DNA of 60,710 nucleotides, filler included, from Globobulimina sp. (GCA_003354225.1; 17 parts of 17 records of this genome joined end to end with filler, not necessarily neighbours in it); one strand, 5' to 3'; positions 35,461 through 47,423 are shown, counted from the first letter of the whole stretch. The notes: generated from the sequence alone by a model not told the origin. Numbers and translations: made by a program.

Positions 35461-35692
35461 ATGCTGCATCCAAGTAATGAAGGTGAAGGCACAGCATTCA
35501 ATTTCGAGGCGTGGATCAATAAGAATGGATTGGAAGAGGTTAAAGATTTGTTTATCAAACATGACGCAGTCAAACCGCAGTCTTTATCAATGTCATCAAA
35601 GGAGTTGCAAGGTTTGATGAGTGATCCACAGTTATTTGGCAAAGCATATCTGATCCCGAATATTATGAATGCTCTCAATAAAATATGTCAAT
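35461..35692 (+). CDS. Hypothetical protein N-terminus (SAM-like helical; 3' partial)
   Basis: FEAWINKNGLEEVKDLFIKH; runs into the contig end. Confidence 0.35.
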
Positions 35693-35792
35693 NNNNNNNN
35701 NNNNNNNNNNNNNNNNNNNNNNNNNNNNNNNNNNNNTTAATTAATTAANNNNNNNNNNNNNNNNNNNNNNNNNNNNNNNNNNNNNNNNNNNN

Positions 35793-37493
35793 TTTCTCTG
35801 CAAATTCAATGAATGCGTCCTTGTGTTGCTCAGCAGTCCAATTGCTACGAATCCATTGAATTACATCTAATCTCTCGATTGATTGACGGTAATCAGCCCT
35901 TGAAATTTGTGTCTATATAGAATTTATATAAAGAAATTTGTATTGATATAATTTATGTTTGTCTCAATACCTTAATATCATAATATATTTTGCCATTTAC
36001 TGATATTAAAGAAGGCGGCATATTTGATTCAAACGATGTATAATTTGTGGTTGGAATACCAATATTTTTCTCAATGTTTTCAAAGTCTCTCAATCTCAAA
36101 CCTTGCTGTTCTGAAATGAATATAGAGAAACAATGCTTTCTCGTTTTTTCTATTACCAACCTATCATCGTCAATACATAACATTTGTTCATATTTTAAAT
36201 TATATTTTTTTTGTAAGTTTATTATGCACTTTATTTTATCATTCACTTTGTTATTTTTATCAATTTTTATAATGTTACCACTAAATGTATACAGATATGC
36301 CTTTTCCAGCGCTTGTTTAACAATATCAACGTAGTGAACATTATAATTGACCACCATTAAAATAATTTGGATTCCTTTGCATAAAACATCTTCAAAATGC
36401 TTTGCTAATCTTCTTATTCGATCTCTCCATCCAAATATATGCAGAAACTCCTCGTCTTCAATGGTGTATAAATGTGATATATCCCCTTGTACAGAATCAT
36501 GCAAATCAGCAAATGTCACTGTACGGTCAAAATCATATATGATATATTTCAAATCTCTGTAATCTTCTTTGTTATTACTTATGTTTAACATTACTGAGGA
36601 TAGATTTGATTCGTTTTCATCATACATATTATTTTGCAATTTTGTTTCCGGTTTAATATCATTTACACTCTGTACGCTTTCATTGAACGCTGATGCTAAT
36701 TTCATGAATTTATGTCCTTTTTCTTTTTCATTCATAACCTTTATTAGAAATGTACCATATTCAATTAATATTGCTGTGTTTTGATAGTTTGAGATTTTGA
36801 TTGCTTTTTCAAAACATTCAGTTATTTGCTGGTGATGACTACTTTGACTAGGGTCATTTCCATTTTTCAACATCAATGCATACTGCGTTTGATAATTAGC
36901 TATGTTTGGTTTCAGTTCTACGCATTTTTTGATATGATGCAATGCATTGACTTTATCGCATAAATGATAATATAATAAAACAGAAAAATGAAAATGTACG
37001 CATGCTTTCGATGCATCAAATTGCAAACATTTTAAATAATATTTTTTAGAATTTTCATATTGTTTCATTTCTGACAATAACTTTGCAAATTGAAAATATG
37101 CGCTTGTGTTGCTGTTATTTATGTAACTATGTTGATTGATTGCAAATACATTTGGTGCGATTCATTGTATTGTCTTAATTTATATTGCAATAAATTTGCA
37201 TATTTCAAAAATAGATTGGATCTCTTCAGTGGAGTGCTGGTGTTATCTTCTTTGGAATAGCAATTAATGCAGTTTTCATAATACATTTTAGATTGGGAGA
37301 ATTCATTGAGTTGCATATGAACATCGCCCAATTTTTCAAATAGTATTTGTTTTGATTTATCATCAATGGGTTGGCTGTTTTTTAAAATTTGTAATAAAGT
37401 GTCTTTTGCTTGAATCCAATCACAACTTTTAAAGTGCTGTTTCGCTTTGGCAAAGATATCCATCTCTTTTTCTTTTCTCTGTGCAAGGATCAC
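35793..37493 (-). CDS. TPR-repeat protein with a HAD-like domain (frameshifted by an 8-nt insertion at 37120-37127; 3' partial)
   Basis: Multiple TPR motifs, HAD motif I IIYDFDRTV and motif IV LCIDDD. Continues past an intron near 35913-35970 to the contig edge. Confidence 0.7.
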
Positions 37494-37636
37494 TGACCAT
37501 GAGTTTACTAATTATTATTAGATCCAACGGCAACAGGCACCATTTAGTTCGTTAAAGTGAACAAAAAAACTCAGCATACTGCTTTTATTTTGAGTTGAAT
37601 GGCAGTGTGATCTCGTATATTTAACGAATAACAAGG

Positions 37637-37900
37637 ATGACAACCATTGCATTGAACGATACATTTGAATACAAAAAAGGATGTAACATATCATCAGTAC
37701 AAACCATTGAAAAGATGTATATGACACTCTCGAAAGCAAAAGCATATGCACAAAAATTACCAACTTGCATTGGATTTTGTGTTGAAAATAACAGAAAACC
37801 AGTCAACGGAAAAGAATATTTATGTCATTTTAAAGAAGGTTCGAGGACACAACTTCAAGATGGAATGAAGAAATGGCATACCTATTTATGTCCAGTTTAG
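37637..37900 (+). CDS. Small Cys-containing hypothetical protein
   Basis: 87-aa ORF; AKAYAQKLPTCIGF...CHFK...WHTY is loosely PAN/apple-like. Confidence 0.35.
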   Translation: MTTIALNDTFEYKKGCNISSVQTIEKMYMTLSKAKAYAQKLPTCIGFCVENNRKPVNGKEYLCHFKEGSRTQLQDGMKKWHTYLCPV

Positions 37901-38137
37901 TAAACCTATAAACAAACCATTTCAAACGTCAAACATCTCAAACACAGAAACGTGATTATAGTGCAACAGCAACTACCGTCGCTTTGAAAGGAGGTGGTGG
38001 TGGTGGTCTTGGTCGTATAGTTTCGTTGTTTCTCTCTCTCTCTTCTCTCTTCCAAACCATAATCCATTTCCATTTTAAAAAAACTTCACATACACCTCAC
38101 TCAAAAAAAAAATCACCGCAAATCATTGTCCAACACA

Positions 38138-39230
38138 ATGGCATTGGTTCGTCCCTACCTTCCAACAAAAAAACACACAATATGACCCAACACATACAAT
38201 TCTCACACAGCAAACCCCAAAACGCAAGAAAGCGCACGCCCGCACCGTGACTAACTTCTGCAAAGAGGCCAACATCGGCGAGAGCGACCAACTAGATTTA
38301 GCAGAGTTTATTGTAGCAGCCCGTTATTTGGGCACGGTGGCCAACGACGACCAGTTAATGAACGTCTTCCTGGACATGGAAGACGCGGCTTTGACGGGGC
38401 AAAAAGACCCGAAAGCCTTAATCAAGGACTTGATGGCCAAAGTGGACGAGGAGTACGGCTTTGGCGACGACGGCAAAGTGCAGGACAGCGAGTATAACCA
38501 GGATGCGGACGAGATTTTGCCCTCGAATCCGTTGGACGCCTTCGCAGAGGACGCGATATGGCAAGAAGACCAACTCGACAATTTCCTGACTGCCAACCAG
38601 GCCGAGCAAAACTTGAAAATCGCGCGCAACTTATTGGCCACCACGGCCTTGTCACGCGACGAAATCGCAGAGATCACCGGCGTCGATGCAGACTTATTAG
38701 CGGATTACGAATCGGATTACACGTCGAGCGAAGAGGAGGAGACTGATGAGGAGGACGAAGAGGTGAAGTCGGACGACAACGACGACGACAACGATGATAA
38801 GGAGGAGAAGGCCAAGCCGGCAAAGGCGAAGGGTGTCAGCATTGCGCCGGCGGCCGTTGCGGATAAAAGTGGGCAGAAAGTGTCGGTGGCCGCGGGAGTG
38901 ACGATCCGGGCCACCGATTTCAGCAAATCTGTGATGATCAGCAAGAACGAGTTGGGTGTCTTGAAGGAGATATTGGACGGCGGCAAGGCCGCAGTGAACG
39001 AGAAGAGCGGCGACGCTCTTAAGTTGCTCAAGAAATTGAACGATGCCATCAATATTAACCCGAAAGGACACAACAAACGCACGAAGACGTTGGCGCGGTT
39101 GAAATTGGATAAAATTGACGGCGATGAGAAGGAGGCCAAGTTTCCGGCAAAATATAGGGTCGTTATCCATCCAGGTCTGGCTCCCTTTTTTTTGTGCGAA
39201 TTTGCGTACCGACAGTCAGAAACTATATAA
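38138..39230 (+). CDS. EF-hand-like acidic protein (intron 38147-38210; C-terminal end probably chimeric after about 39150)
   Basis: Spliced start MALQTPKRKK. EF-like ANIGESDQLDLAEF and DEEYGFGDDGKVQDSEY. GC-rich codons end abruptly near 39150. Confidence 0.55.
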
Positions 39231-39368
39231 TTTCAGTTTGAAGCTGCAATATTATGGCTTCAAACTGANNNNNNNNNNNNNNNNNNNNNNNNNNNNNNNN
39301 NNNNNNNNNNNNTTAATTAATTAANNNNNNNNNNNNNNNNNNNNNNNNNNNNNNNNNNNNNNNNNNNN

Positions 39369-40516
39369 CATCTCCTATGCCAAGATCCATGTTCATGATC
39401 CACTAAATGTTTCCAACTATACTCCCACAATCGATCATATTGCCGCCAGTACCCTTCATCACCAGTAAGCACTGCCAACATCGCAGCTGTCCCAATACTC
39501 TCACATTGAACCCAGAATATCTTATCCCAATCACACACAACACCCTTTGCATCAAAGCTATACGCCATTCCACCATATTTATCATCCCATGCTTGCTGCA
39601 TCGCAGTGTCAAACAAATATCTCGCTTTACCCACAAACCATATCCCATCACAGTACCCACTCAATGTCAGCAACAGCCGCGCCCATTCCACCTGATGGCC
39701 CGGTTGAAACCCCCACGGTCGAAATATAGTGAGCGCAGTGCTGTCATTATTAAATTGCAGATTGGCGGACCAATCCTCATTATAATGTTCCCAAATAAGT
39801 CCTTGACAAAGTCCACCTTGTCGGTTACATATATTATCTGCAATCAACTCGGCTCTCTGCAAATAAATTGAGACTTTGGTAGCTTCGTAAGCTGCAATCA
39901 AAGCTTCACAACTATGCAAGTTACCACTTTGACTGCGATATGGATGTACGGTCCAATTCGCATCAGCTTCTTCAGCATATAAACCATATTTAGGTTCCCA
40001 TAGATGCTGTTCCATCAATTCAAAGGTCTCTGATATATATGGTTTCGCCTCATCTACACCGACTGCGACTGCCTTGGAGTAGGCTAACAATACGAAAGCC
40101 AGCGCATATGTATATATTTTGGAGTCAGTGGGCACTCCGTTTTCTAATATCCAGTGATATGCTCCATTCTGTGCGTTACGTAATGGGCCTCGTAAGAATG
40201 CCACACCGTGTTTGACCGCTGTGAGATATTCATCGCGCTGTAGGTGCTCGAATGCCACTGCATAGGTGAAGATGAAACGAGCTTCTGTTACTAAAACGCG
40301 AGTAGTAGTATCGTACACAGATCCATCGACACTGAAGAAATGGAAGAAGCCACCACTTGGATCGATGCAGCGCTGTGGATTGAAGAAATCCAGTGAACGT
40401 TGGATGTGTTGCAAAAGGAACTCTGCTGAGCGGAAATTGACACTTGCCTTATTGCCAATGCGTATATGATCTATAAATGCAATTAAATCATCAATCTTAG
40501 TGACTAATTGTGACAT
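39369..40516 (-). CDS. AGE-family (N-acylglucosamine 2-epimerase superfamily) isomerase, mannose-isomerase/YihS-like (3' partial)
   Basis: FRSAEFLLQHI, CIDPSGGFFHF, ARFIF, YRSQSGNLHSCEALIAAYEAT, FRPWGFQPGHQVEWARLL and KIFWVQCES. Confidence 0.9.
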
Positions 40517-40632
40517 TAAATTAGTCAGATTCAAAAAACTTTACTTGAGTCTTCAAAACTTTAAAGATAAAGATACAAAATAAAAAGACTATTGGTTTTT
40601 TAATTGATTCATTTGATTGTCAATTTTTTGAG

Positions 40633-42585
40633 CTAATTTATTTGAGCTAATTTATTTGAGTTTTCATTGATTTGAGCTAATTCATTCTCCCATTTTAATA
40701 ATTTACACAATTCCTGCACAGATTCATCACACTCACCTTGAATAAAAATATCTCTTTTATTTTCAACATTTTTGAGATTAAACTTAAATATTTTATTCAT
40801 TGCATCATTTAACTCCAAATTCATTAAACACCGAATAGCATTGGAATTAATTTGATTTGGTAAATTGGAGACCGGTTCCACAGATAAACTGGTTCCAATC
40901 ACGAGCAATAAATCGATTTCAACCTTATTTTTCTCAAAATTCTCCATTTTTTCATAATATTTTCTCGGCAAATCCTCACCAAATAACACACAATTTGGCT
41001 TCACATAGCCTTTACATTTATTTTTGCATTGAATCGGACCATCAGAGTCAACCACATCTTGTCTTAATTGTGCAATATCATAATCCGCACCACATTCAAT
41101 ACACGAAGCACTCAGAAATGTGCCATGTACTTCAGACAATACATTCGGATCAATCCCAATGTATCGCTCCAATCCGTCCACATTTTGGCTAAATATATAC
41201 GATAACTTTCCTTTATTTTGCAGCAATTTAAAGAAACAATGTGTCAATGTCGGCTTACATCGTTTGGTTAATATCGGAGCTAAGACCTTATATAAAACGG
41301 TCGGATTATCTCTGAATAGCTCAACACTAAAAACATACTGCGCATCCACTTCGATTTTAGTTTTCTGTGCCAATGTTAATCCATATTTTAATGCATTTTT
41401 AGCTAAATCTTTCTTCAATGTTCTATAAATGCCATCCTTTGATCGAAAATCAGGGATACCGGCATTGCGGGATATGCCCGCTCCGCATAAAATGCCTATT
41501 TTGTTACACTTTTGCGATGATATAAAGTGTGCTAAACCTTTTAAATCATAACTCTGTAAAATCGGAGCGGTTTTATAGTTACTTGCTTTTTGACTGCATG
41601 ACAAACATAAATCATATCCTTCGTCGTGAGATTTATTGCCGCAATGATACACCTCCTCAGATTCAATATGTTGACAACATTTATTGCAATATATACCATT
41701 GAAATTATCTGACTCACTCTCTTTGTTATCATCAGCGTTATATACATTTCGCGCATCCATTCTCTTCATAGGACAGCCTGTCTCGCATCGAGGAACTCTT
41801 CTTTTTTGTGTTGAATCCGTATCAGTATCACATTGCTGCAGTAAATATGTGTACATATCGGATCGATATTAATTTATAATTTCAGATTTATAAAAACGCA
41901 CAAAACTGTTAATATTCGCGTTGGTGTTGGCTTAAATTGATTTTTATGCACTAATGAAATATCCCAACATGCCTCATATATATCATATGCCTGAGCTTCG
42001 TTTCGTGTTTCTCCCTCAATTTGAATGGTATACATACCGTCGGGCCAATGTAGCTACGCATATTTGTATATTGTATGCGCAGCAACGTAATGAGAAAAAA
42101 GGGAAACATACCAATAGTTTTCCTAATTTCCTGCCTTTTTCTGTTTTAATTTGTACTGTTTGACCCAGTGCGATAGCGCCGGTATAGTCTGTTTTCTCTT
42201 TATCAAAGCATTCAGAACATAATGAATCTGATTCGTTATTCTTTGGACAATGAAAATAATCTTCATTCTTTTTTATTTTTCTATGACATGATGCACATTC
42301 AATGATTGTTTCAATCAAAGTTTTATTTTGGGTTTGAACCATTCCGTGTCCTGAGTTACAATGAATTATTGGTATTTTATTATAATTATTATGCTTATTA
42401 TGATGGTGTTGTTTGGTTGGCGATGGGGTGAAAATTGGTGTTGCAATTTGTTGATCACTTAATTTTCTTTTCTTTTTTGGTGATGGAGACTGAAACGAAT
42501 CTGTTTGGGATTCATCAAAAGTTAAAATTTCAGTCAATTGACGCTTTATTGATTGATTCGAACCTAATGGACTTTGTGATGACAT
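40633..42585 (-). CDS. Class I sirtuin (SIRT2/Hst2-like) with two N-terminal ZZ-like zinc fingers (introns 42054-42111 and 41836-41906)
   Basis: GAGIS..AGIPDFRS, SQNVDGLE, EVHG, CxxC...CxxxC, KP..VLFGEDLP and GTSLSVEP. Splicing links the 42016 and 40633 ORFs through an open middle exon. Confidence 0.85.
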
Positions 42586-43197
42586 GATGATGGCAACTAT
42601 CAATATTTCCGTGCCATGGTCAAACCAAAAATAAAACTTGATCAAGTTGACACATTTTAGCAATTAAAGTTTTTAAATACTTAATGAACTTATTAATTAA
42701 TTATAAAACCCATTTATATTTCTTTTTTCTCTTTAAAATTATTAACAGTGTCAGACACGAATTGAACAAACGGCAATCCATCGATCTGTGTTTTATATCC
42801 AGCATATTTTGATTTTGCATTTTCTAAAATATCATCAATTATGNNNNNNNNNNNNNNNNNNNNNNNNNNNNNNNNNNNNNNNNNNNNTTAATTAATTAAN
42901 NNNNNNNNNNNNNNNNNNNNNNNNNNNNNNNNNNNNNNNNNNNTATAAATTAAAAGTATGCAAAGGATGTCACACTGTTTATTATTGCAATACAAAATGT
43001 CAAAAACTACATTGGAAGCAATCACATAACAAAGAATGTAGCAAAATATGGATGCAATGGAATAAAAAGCTATTCAAAACAAAAGATAATTCCAATCAAT
43101 TTATTCCATTTAATCAACTAACTTCTGATTATTCTTTCATTCTTTCATCAATCAATAGATCGAATATTATAAAACAATATTATTAATAACAATTTAT

Positions 43198-45402
43198 TTA
43201 TCTATGATTCCTTGAATGTTTATATCGTGAAAACGTAAAGCCAAAGCCAACAGTTCTTTGTTTATACGAATTGGAATACATTCGAGGACTTACTTCGTTC
43301 GGATTAGCTAATGCTGAAACCCGTGTTCTTCGATCAGACTTTCTTGATCGTAAAAGATGATTTCTTCCGGAATATGTTACCTCATTATTATTGTTGATTG
43401 AATCATTTATATTTACTGTATTATGGCTATTATCATTTGATTGATTGTGTATTTCGGATAATATGCGTTTCTGTTGTAACTGCGGAAATACTCTGTCGTC
43501 ATTGTAATGGAGTCGTGAGCTATTTAATGAGCCAGAGGTTAATGTCGGTTCACCGCCAGTTGTCTGAGTGTCACGTATTAGATTTAAACCATGATTATGC
43601 ATATTTTTCTGCTTTTTATCATGTGTTCGACGATTCCATTGAAGGTTATTCCTTTTCTGTCGATTGCCTCTTCGTGAAATTGTGCGTGAATTATGTGAGT
43701 TTACATTAAATTGTGAATGATTGGTGATATGCATATTAGCAACATTTCGTAATTGAGCATATTGTGATCGATGTAAATGAGTATGTTTGGAATGCGAATG
43801 TTGTTCGTTGATTACATTCATTTGTGATGATTCATTTAAGTCATTATTATTATTATTAATGGCAATTGATTGTCCTCGCGGTGTCAACGAATCATAATCA
43901 ATGTCATTATTGTTATCGGATTTATTCAAATTTGAGCTATTATCTATTTTATCGTTATCTATCTTATTAAGATTAGATTTATGTTTCTTTTTATGTTTTC
44001 TATGTTTCTTTTTTCTGTGTTTAATGTGTCTCGACCTTAGTCCTCGTTGCATGGCATCGGATTTATCATTGGTTCCTCGAGAACGCAAATCTCGACGCTT
44101 TCGTTTCGTAGTTATAATGTTGTTATCTTTGTCAATATTTTTATTTTGCATTGGATGTATTGTCATTGACAATGAGTCGTCGGCCTCAAAGTTAATGCTC
44201 ATATTATTATTACTATCATTGCTTGTAACTAATGGCGGTGTTATTGGCGGATTTCTTCGCGTCGAATAAGGAATTATCGATGGTACTTTTGTGGGATTTA
44301 TACCTTCGGCGATAAAATCCGGCGTTTTATTTTTCGATGTTTGCAGTTGTTTGTTTATCATTATTAAGGAGGTATTGGTTGATCCAGATCCATGATCCGA
44401 CGGATTGCTATTTTCGACGATATAGGTTTTTTTATCTGTGTTGTATGGCAAATGTGTCTGTTGACTCTGTTCCCTTAACTCCGAGAAATATGCAGATTCA
44501 TAGGCATCGTCGATAGTAAATCTGTGCCTTTCGTCCATTTCTAATAAACCTTTAATTAGTGACAATTGCGATTTTGTGATTTTATTATGGTATCTTCTGT
44601 GCAATGTGGCAGGCCTTCCAATTTCGGGTAACTTCATGCCTAAAAAACGTGGATTGTGTAAAAACATTTCTCTTTGATGTTCTGTCAATGGGCCCAACAC
44701 TTTTCTAATCACAAATAATTGATCAATGTCCGATTCACCGGGAAACAGTGGCTGTGCGTCTATCAATTCACCCATAATACAGCCAATAGCCCAGATATCG
44801 ACTGCTTTGCCGTAATTGCCTAATCCTAATAATAATTCTGGCGCTCGATACCATCGCGTTGCGACATAGTCCGTTAATTGGCTGCTACGCGATTGCACCG
44901 CCCGCGCAAATCCAAAATCACATAGTTTTAAAGTTGGATCAGGCGGTAAGTTTACCAATAGATTCTCTGGTTTAATGTCGCGATGCACAATTTCATGTTG
45001 ATGGCAATATTTGATTGCTCGAACCAATTGAAACACATAAATGCGTATCAATTCGGGTTGTAAACCCAGCGGTTTCTCTTCCAAAACTTGCAGAAGATTT
45101 CGTTGCAAGAACTCAAAAACTAAGTACAACCTTTTCTTTCTTCTGAATGCGTCAAGTAAGCTGACTACATTTTCATGTTTCAGCATTCTGAGGATCTTGA
45201 CCTCCCTCACTATGGTTTTCCTAACAGTTTCATCATCCTCCGTATCTTTGAATTTTTTGATGGCTACAACATCTCCCGTCTTTTTACACGAACATTTTAG
45301 TACCACACCATACGCTCCTTCACCAACTATACCTTCTACAAAATATCTATGCGATTTGGACACTATCTCCTCCTCAACGTCCATCATTTTCAATCTATTC
45401 AT
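43198..45402 (-). CDS. CDKL5: CDKL5-like cyclin-dependent kinase-like protein (start uncertain, 45384-45492)
   Basis: GEGAYGVV, VAIKKFKD, KTIVREVKILR, HRDIKPEN, DFGFAR and TDYVATRWYRAPE, with a long low-complexity tail. Confidence 0.85.
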   Translation of the reverse strand: MNRLKMMDVEEEIVSKSHRYFVEGIVGEGAYGVVLKCSCKKTGDVVAIKKFKDTEDDETVRKTIVREVKILRMLKHENVVSLLDAFRRKKRLYLVFEFLQRNLLQVLEEKPLGLQPELIRIYVFQLVRAIKYCHQHEIVHRDIKPENLLVNLPPDPTLKLCDFGFARAVQSRSSQLTDYVATRWYRAPELLLGLGNYGKAVDIWAIGCIMGELIDAQPLFPGESDIDQLFVIRKVLGPLTEHQREMFLHNPRFLGMKLPEIGRPATLHRRYHNKITKSQLSLIKGLLEMDERHRFTIDDAYESAYFSELREQSQQTHLPYNTDKKTYIVENSNPSDHGSGSTNTSLIMINKQLQTSKNKTPDFIAEGINPTKVPSIIPYSTRRNPPITPPLVTSNDSNNNMSINFEADDSLSMTIHPMQNKNIDKDNNIITTKRKRRDLRSRGTNDKSDAMQRGLRSRHIKHRKKKHRKHKKKHKSNLNKIDNDKIDNSSNLNKSDNNNDIDYDSLTPRGQSIAINNNNNDLNESSQMNVINEQHSHSKHTHLHRSQYAQLRNVANMHITNHSQFNVNSHNSRTISRRGNRQKRNNLQWNRRTHDKKQKNMHNHGLNLIRDTQTTGGEPTLTSGSLNSSRLHYNDDRVFPQLQQKRILSEIHNQSNDNSHNTVNINDSINNNNEVTYSGRNHLLRSRKSDRRTRVSALANPNEVSPRMYSNSYKQRTVGFGFTFSRYKHSRNHR

Positions 45403-45515
45403 TAGTTTGAAAGATTGTTTACAATTCGTTTCTGAAAAAAATACATAATTACAATGGAGTGACGATAAATCGTTCTCAATATGACGATACATCCACTATT
45501 TAGGTCGTAGGCACT

Positions 45516-46214
45516 ATGGATATAATCAAATTAAAGGAAATTGCAAAAGTGTACGATGTAGAGATTGTCTTTCATTTACAGCTAATCAGTAAGGGATTAT
45601 TTAACATTCAGTGTTTATCTGCATGTATCAATTTGGTTACATTAGACGTATCATACAATAATATCGAAGATTTGTCGCCGTTATCCAATTTAATGCAATT
45701 AAAGAGATTGAATGTATCACATAATAAAGTTAATAATTTACATAATTTATGTAATATGAAAGAACTTGAATACATTGATTTGGATAACAACAACATTTCA
45801 TCATTTATTCAAATATCGCATCTTTCATCAAATCATCATTTCCCTGCATTAAAATACGTCGTTTTCAAATCTTTGGATAATAAGTACAGTAATCCAATAT
45901 GCGATGATTCATCATATTTTCAGAAGGTATTGGATATATTTACAGCACGTCAAATTATTTCAATTGATCATCGCCGAGTAATTTGTAATGAAACACAACA
46001 TTTAATTGACACAATATTGAAAGAATCGCGAACTGAGAAACTAAGTATAAAAGACGGAAAACGTGATCCTTCGTCTTGGCTCATACAATATAATGTGCCT
46101 GAATTCTGCAACGCAAATAATGACTTAAAATTTCAAATTGCAAAGAAGAAATTGTCAGCAACAATTCAATCAAGCAAAAACCAGCTGAGTAAGATCAATC
46201 TTGACTTGAAATAA
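45516..46214 (+). CDS. SDS22-type LRR protein (LRRC61-like)
   Basis: LDVSYNNIEDL, LNVSHNKVNNL, IDLDNNNISSF and an LRR cap NPIC. Confidence 0.75.
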   Translation: MDIIKLKEIAKVYDVEIVFHLQLISKGLFNIQCLSACINLVTLDVSYNNIEDLSPLSNLMQLKRLNVSHNKVNNLHNLCNMKELEYIDLDNNNISSFIQISHLSSNHHFPALKYVVFKSLDNKYSNPICDDSSYFQKVLDIFTARQIISIDHRRVICNETQHLIDTILKESRTEKLSIKDGKRDPSSWLIQYNVPEFCNANNDLKFQIAKKKLSATIQSSKNQLSKINLDLK

Positions 46215-46518
46215 TTTCTTTGTAGTGTTGGAGGCATTTCGTAATCGAATGAAGTGTTGAATGCTGTCATGCTCAAACGGTTTTTCACGCTTAACTTAAT
46301 ATTTATAATCATGTTCAAACACAAAAAAAAATATAATGCACCAAAAAAACTGCCTGAACCAAACGCTCCTAATGATAACGCATCAATACAATCACAAGAA
46401 ACAAATCGATCTTGATGGNNNNNNNNNNNNNNNNNNNNNNNNNNNNNNNNNNNNNNNNNNNNTTAATTAATTAANNNNNNNNNNNNNNNNNNNNNNNNNN
46501 NNNNNNNNNNNNNNNNNN

Positions 46519-47111
46519 GAGATATTTTGCTCATTTTACATGCATGTCATTCTGGCGCATTTAAAGGCATTAAAGCTGTCAATTCATTGTCAAAACCAGC
46601 AAAGGACAAATGTGATAATGATATCGGTATCGATGAAGAAAAAAAAGCAGATGATTTGCAGAAAGATGCTGTTGATTTTTTGAACTCGAATGATATTAAA
46701 GAATATGAAATGGACGGTATGAAAGTAGAAGAATATGTTGAGAAATTTTTTAAAAATGATTGGATGAGTAAAAAAGGTAGAATCGAAGAACTACACGTTT
46801 TGATGAGATCCATTGTTGTTTTAGCATCGTGCAGAAAACAGGAGGAAACAATGTGTGTTGGAGGGGTGTCGCCATTTGTCAAATATGTAATTGATGCATT
46901 TTTAGAATTTACCGAAGTAGACACAGAATATGATGTGACACCTAAGAGTTTGGTGGATTATATCAAGAATCAATCAAAATTAAGTATGTTGGACCAAGGA
47001 TATGGGTTTGATTGTATTTTATATGGATTTCAACATACAAATATTGCACAAGCACAAGGCTTATGTGCATATGATTTTTCATTGAAACCCATTTTAAAAC
47101 CATATCGATAA
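46519..47111 (+). CDS. Caspase/metacaspase-like (peptidase C14) C-terminal fragment
   Basis: LLILHACHSG (catalytic Cys motif) and VVLASCRKQEET...SPFVKYVIDA. Confidence 0.55.
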
Positions 47112-47423
47112 CAAAAAGAAAAACTTTGCAAACCTCAGTATTTGTGCATAAAATATATATAATTAATATTTAGTCATCAGATTGTTGCACATAATCTTAT
47201 TATGGGGTGATGCAGAGGTTCAATATGCTGTATTTAATTGTAATCTCCGTTTATTTGCGAACACATTCCCTTTGTTTATAATTAAGCTTCATTTGATCCT
47301 TAACCTTCACACTGGAAACGTACTCAAACAAAAACAAAAAGGGACATAATTAAAAATATACTATGCACACTGCACACACAGCAAAAAAAAATACTAGTAT
47401 TGAGATCAAATCAAACACGGAGA

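Noticed and set aside
41951-41990. GC-AG intron in the sirtuin gene
   Set aside because: On re-reading, the middle exon is open through this region, so no intron is needed.
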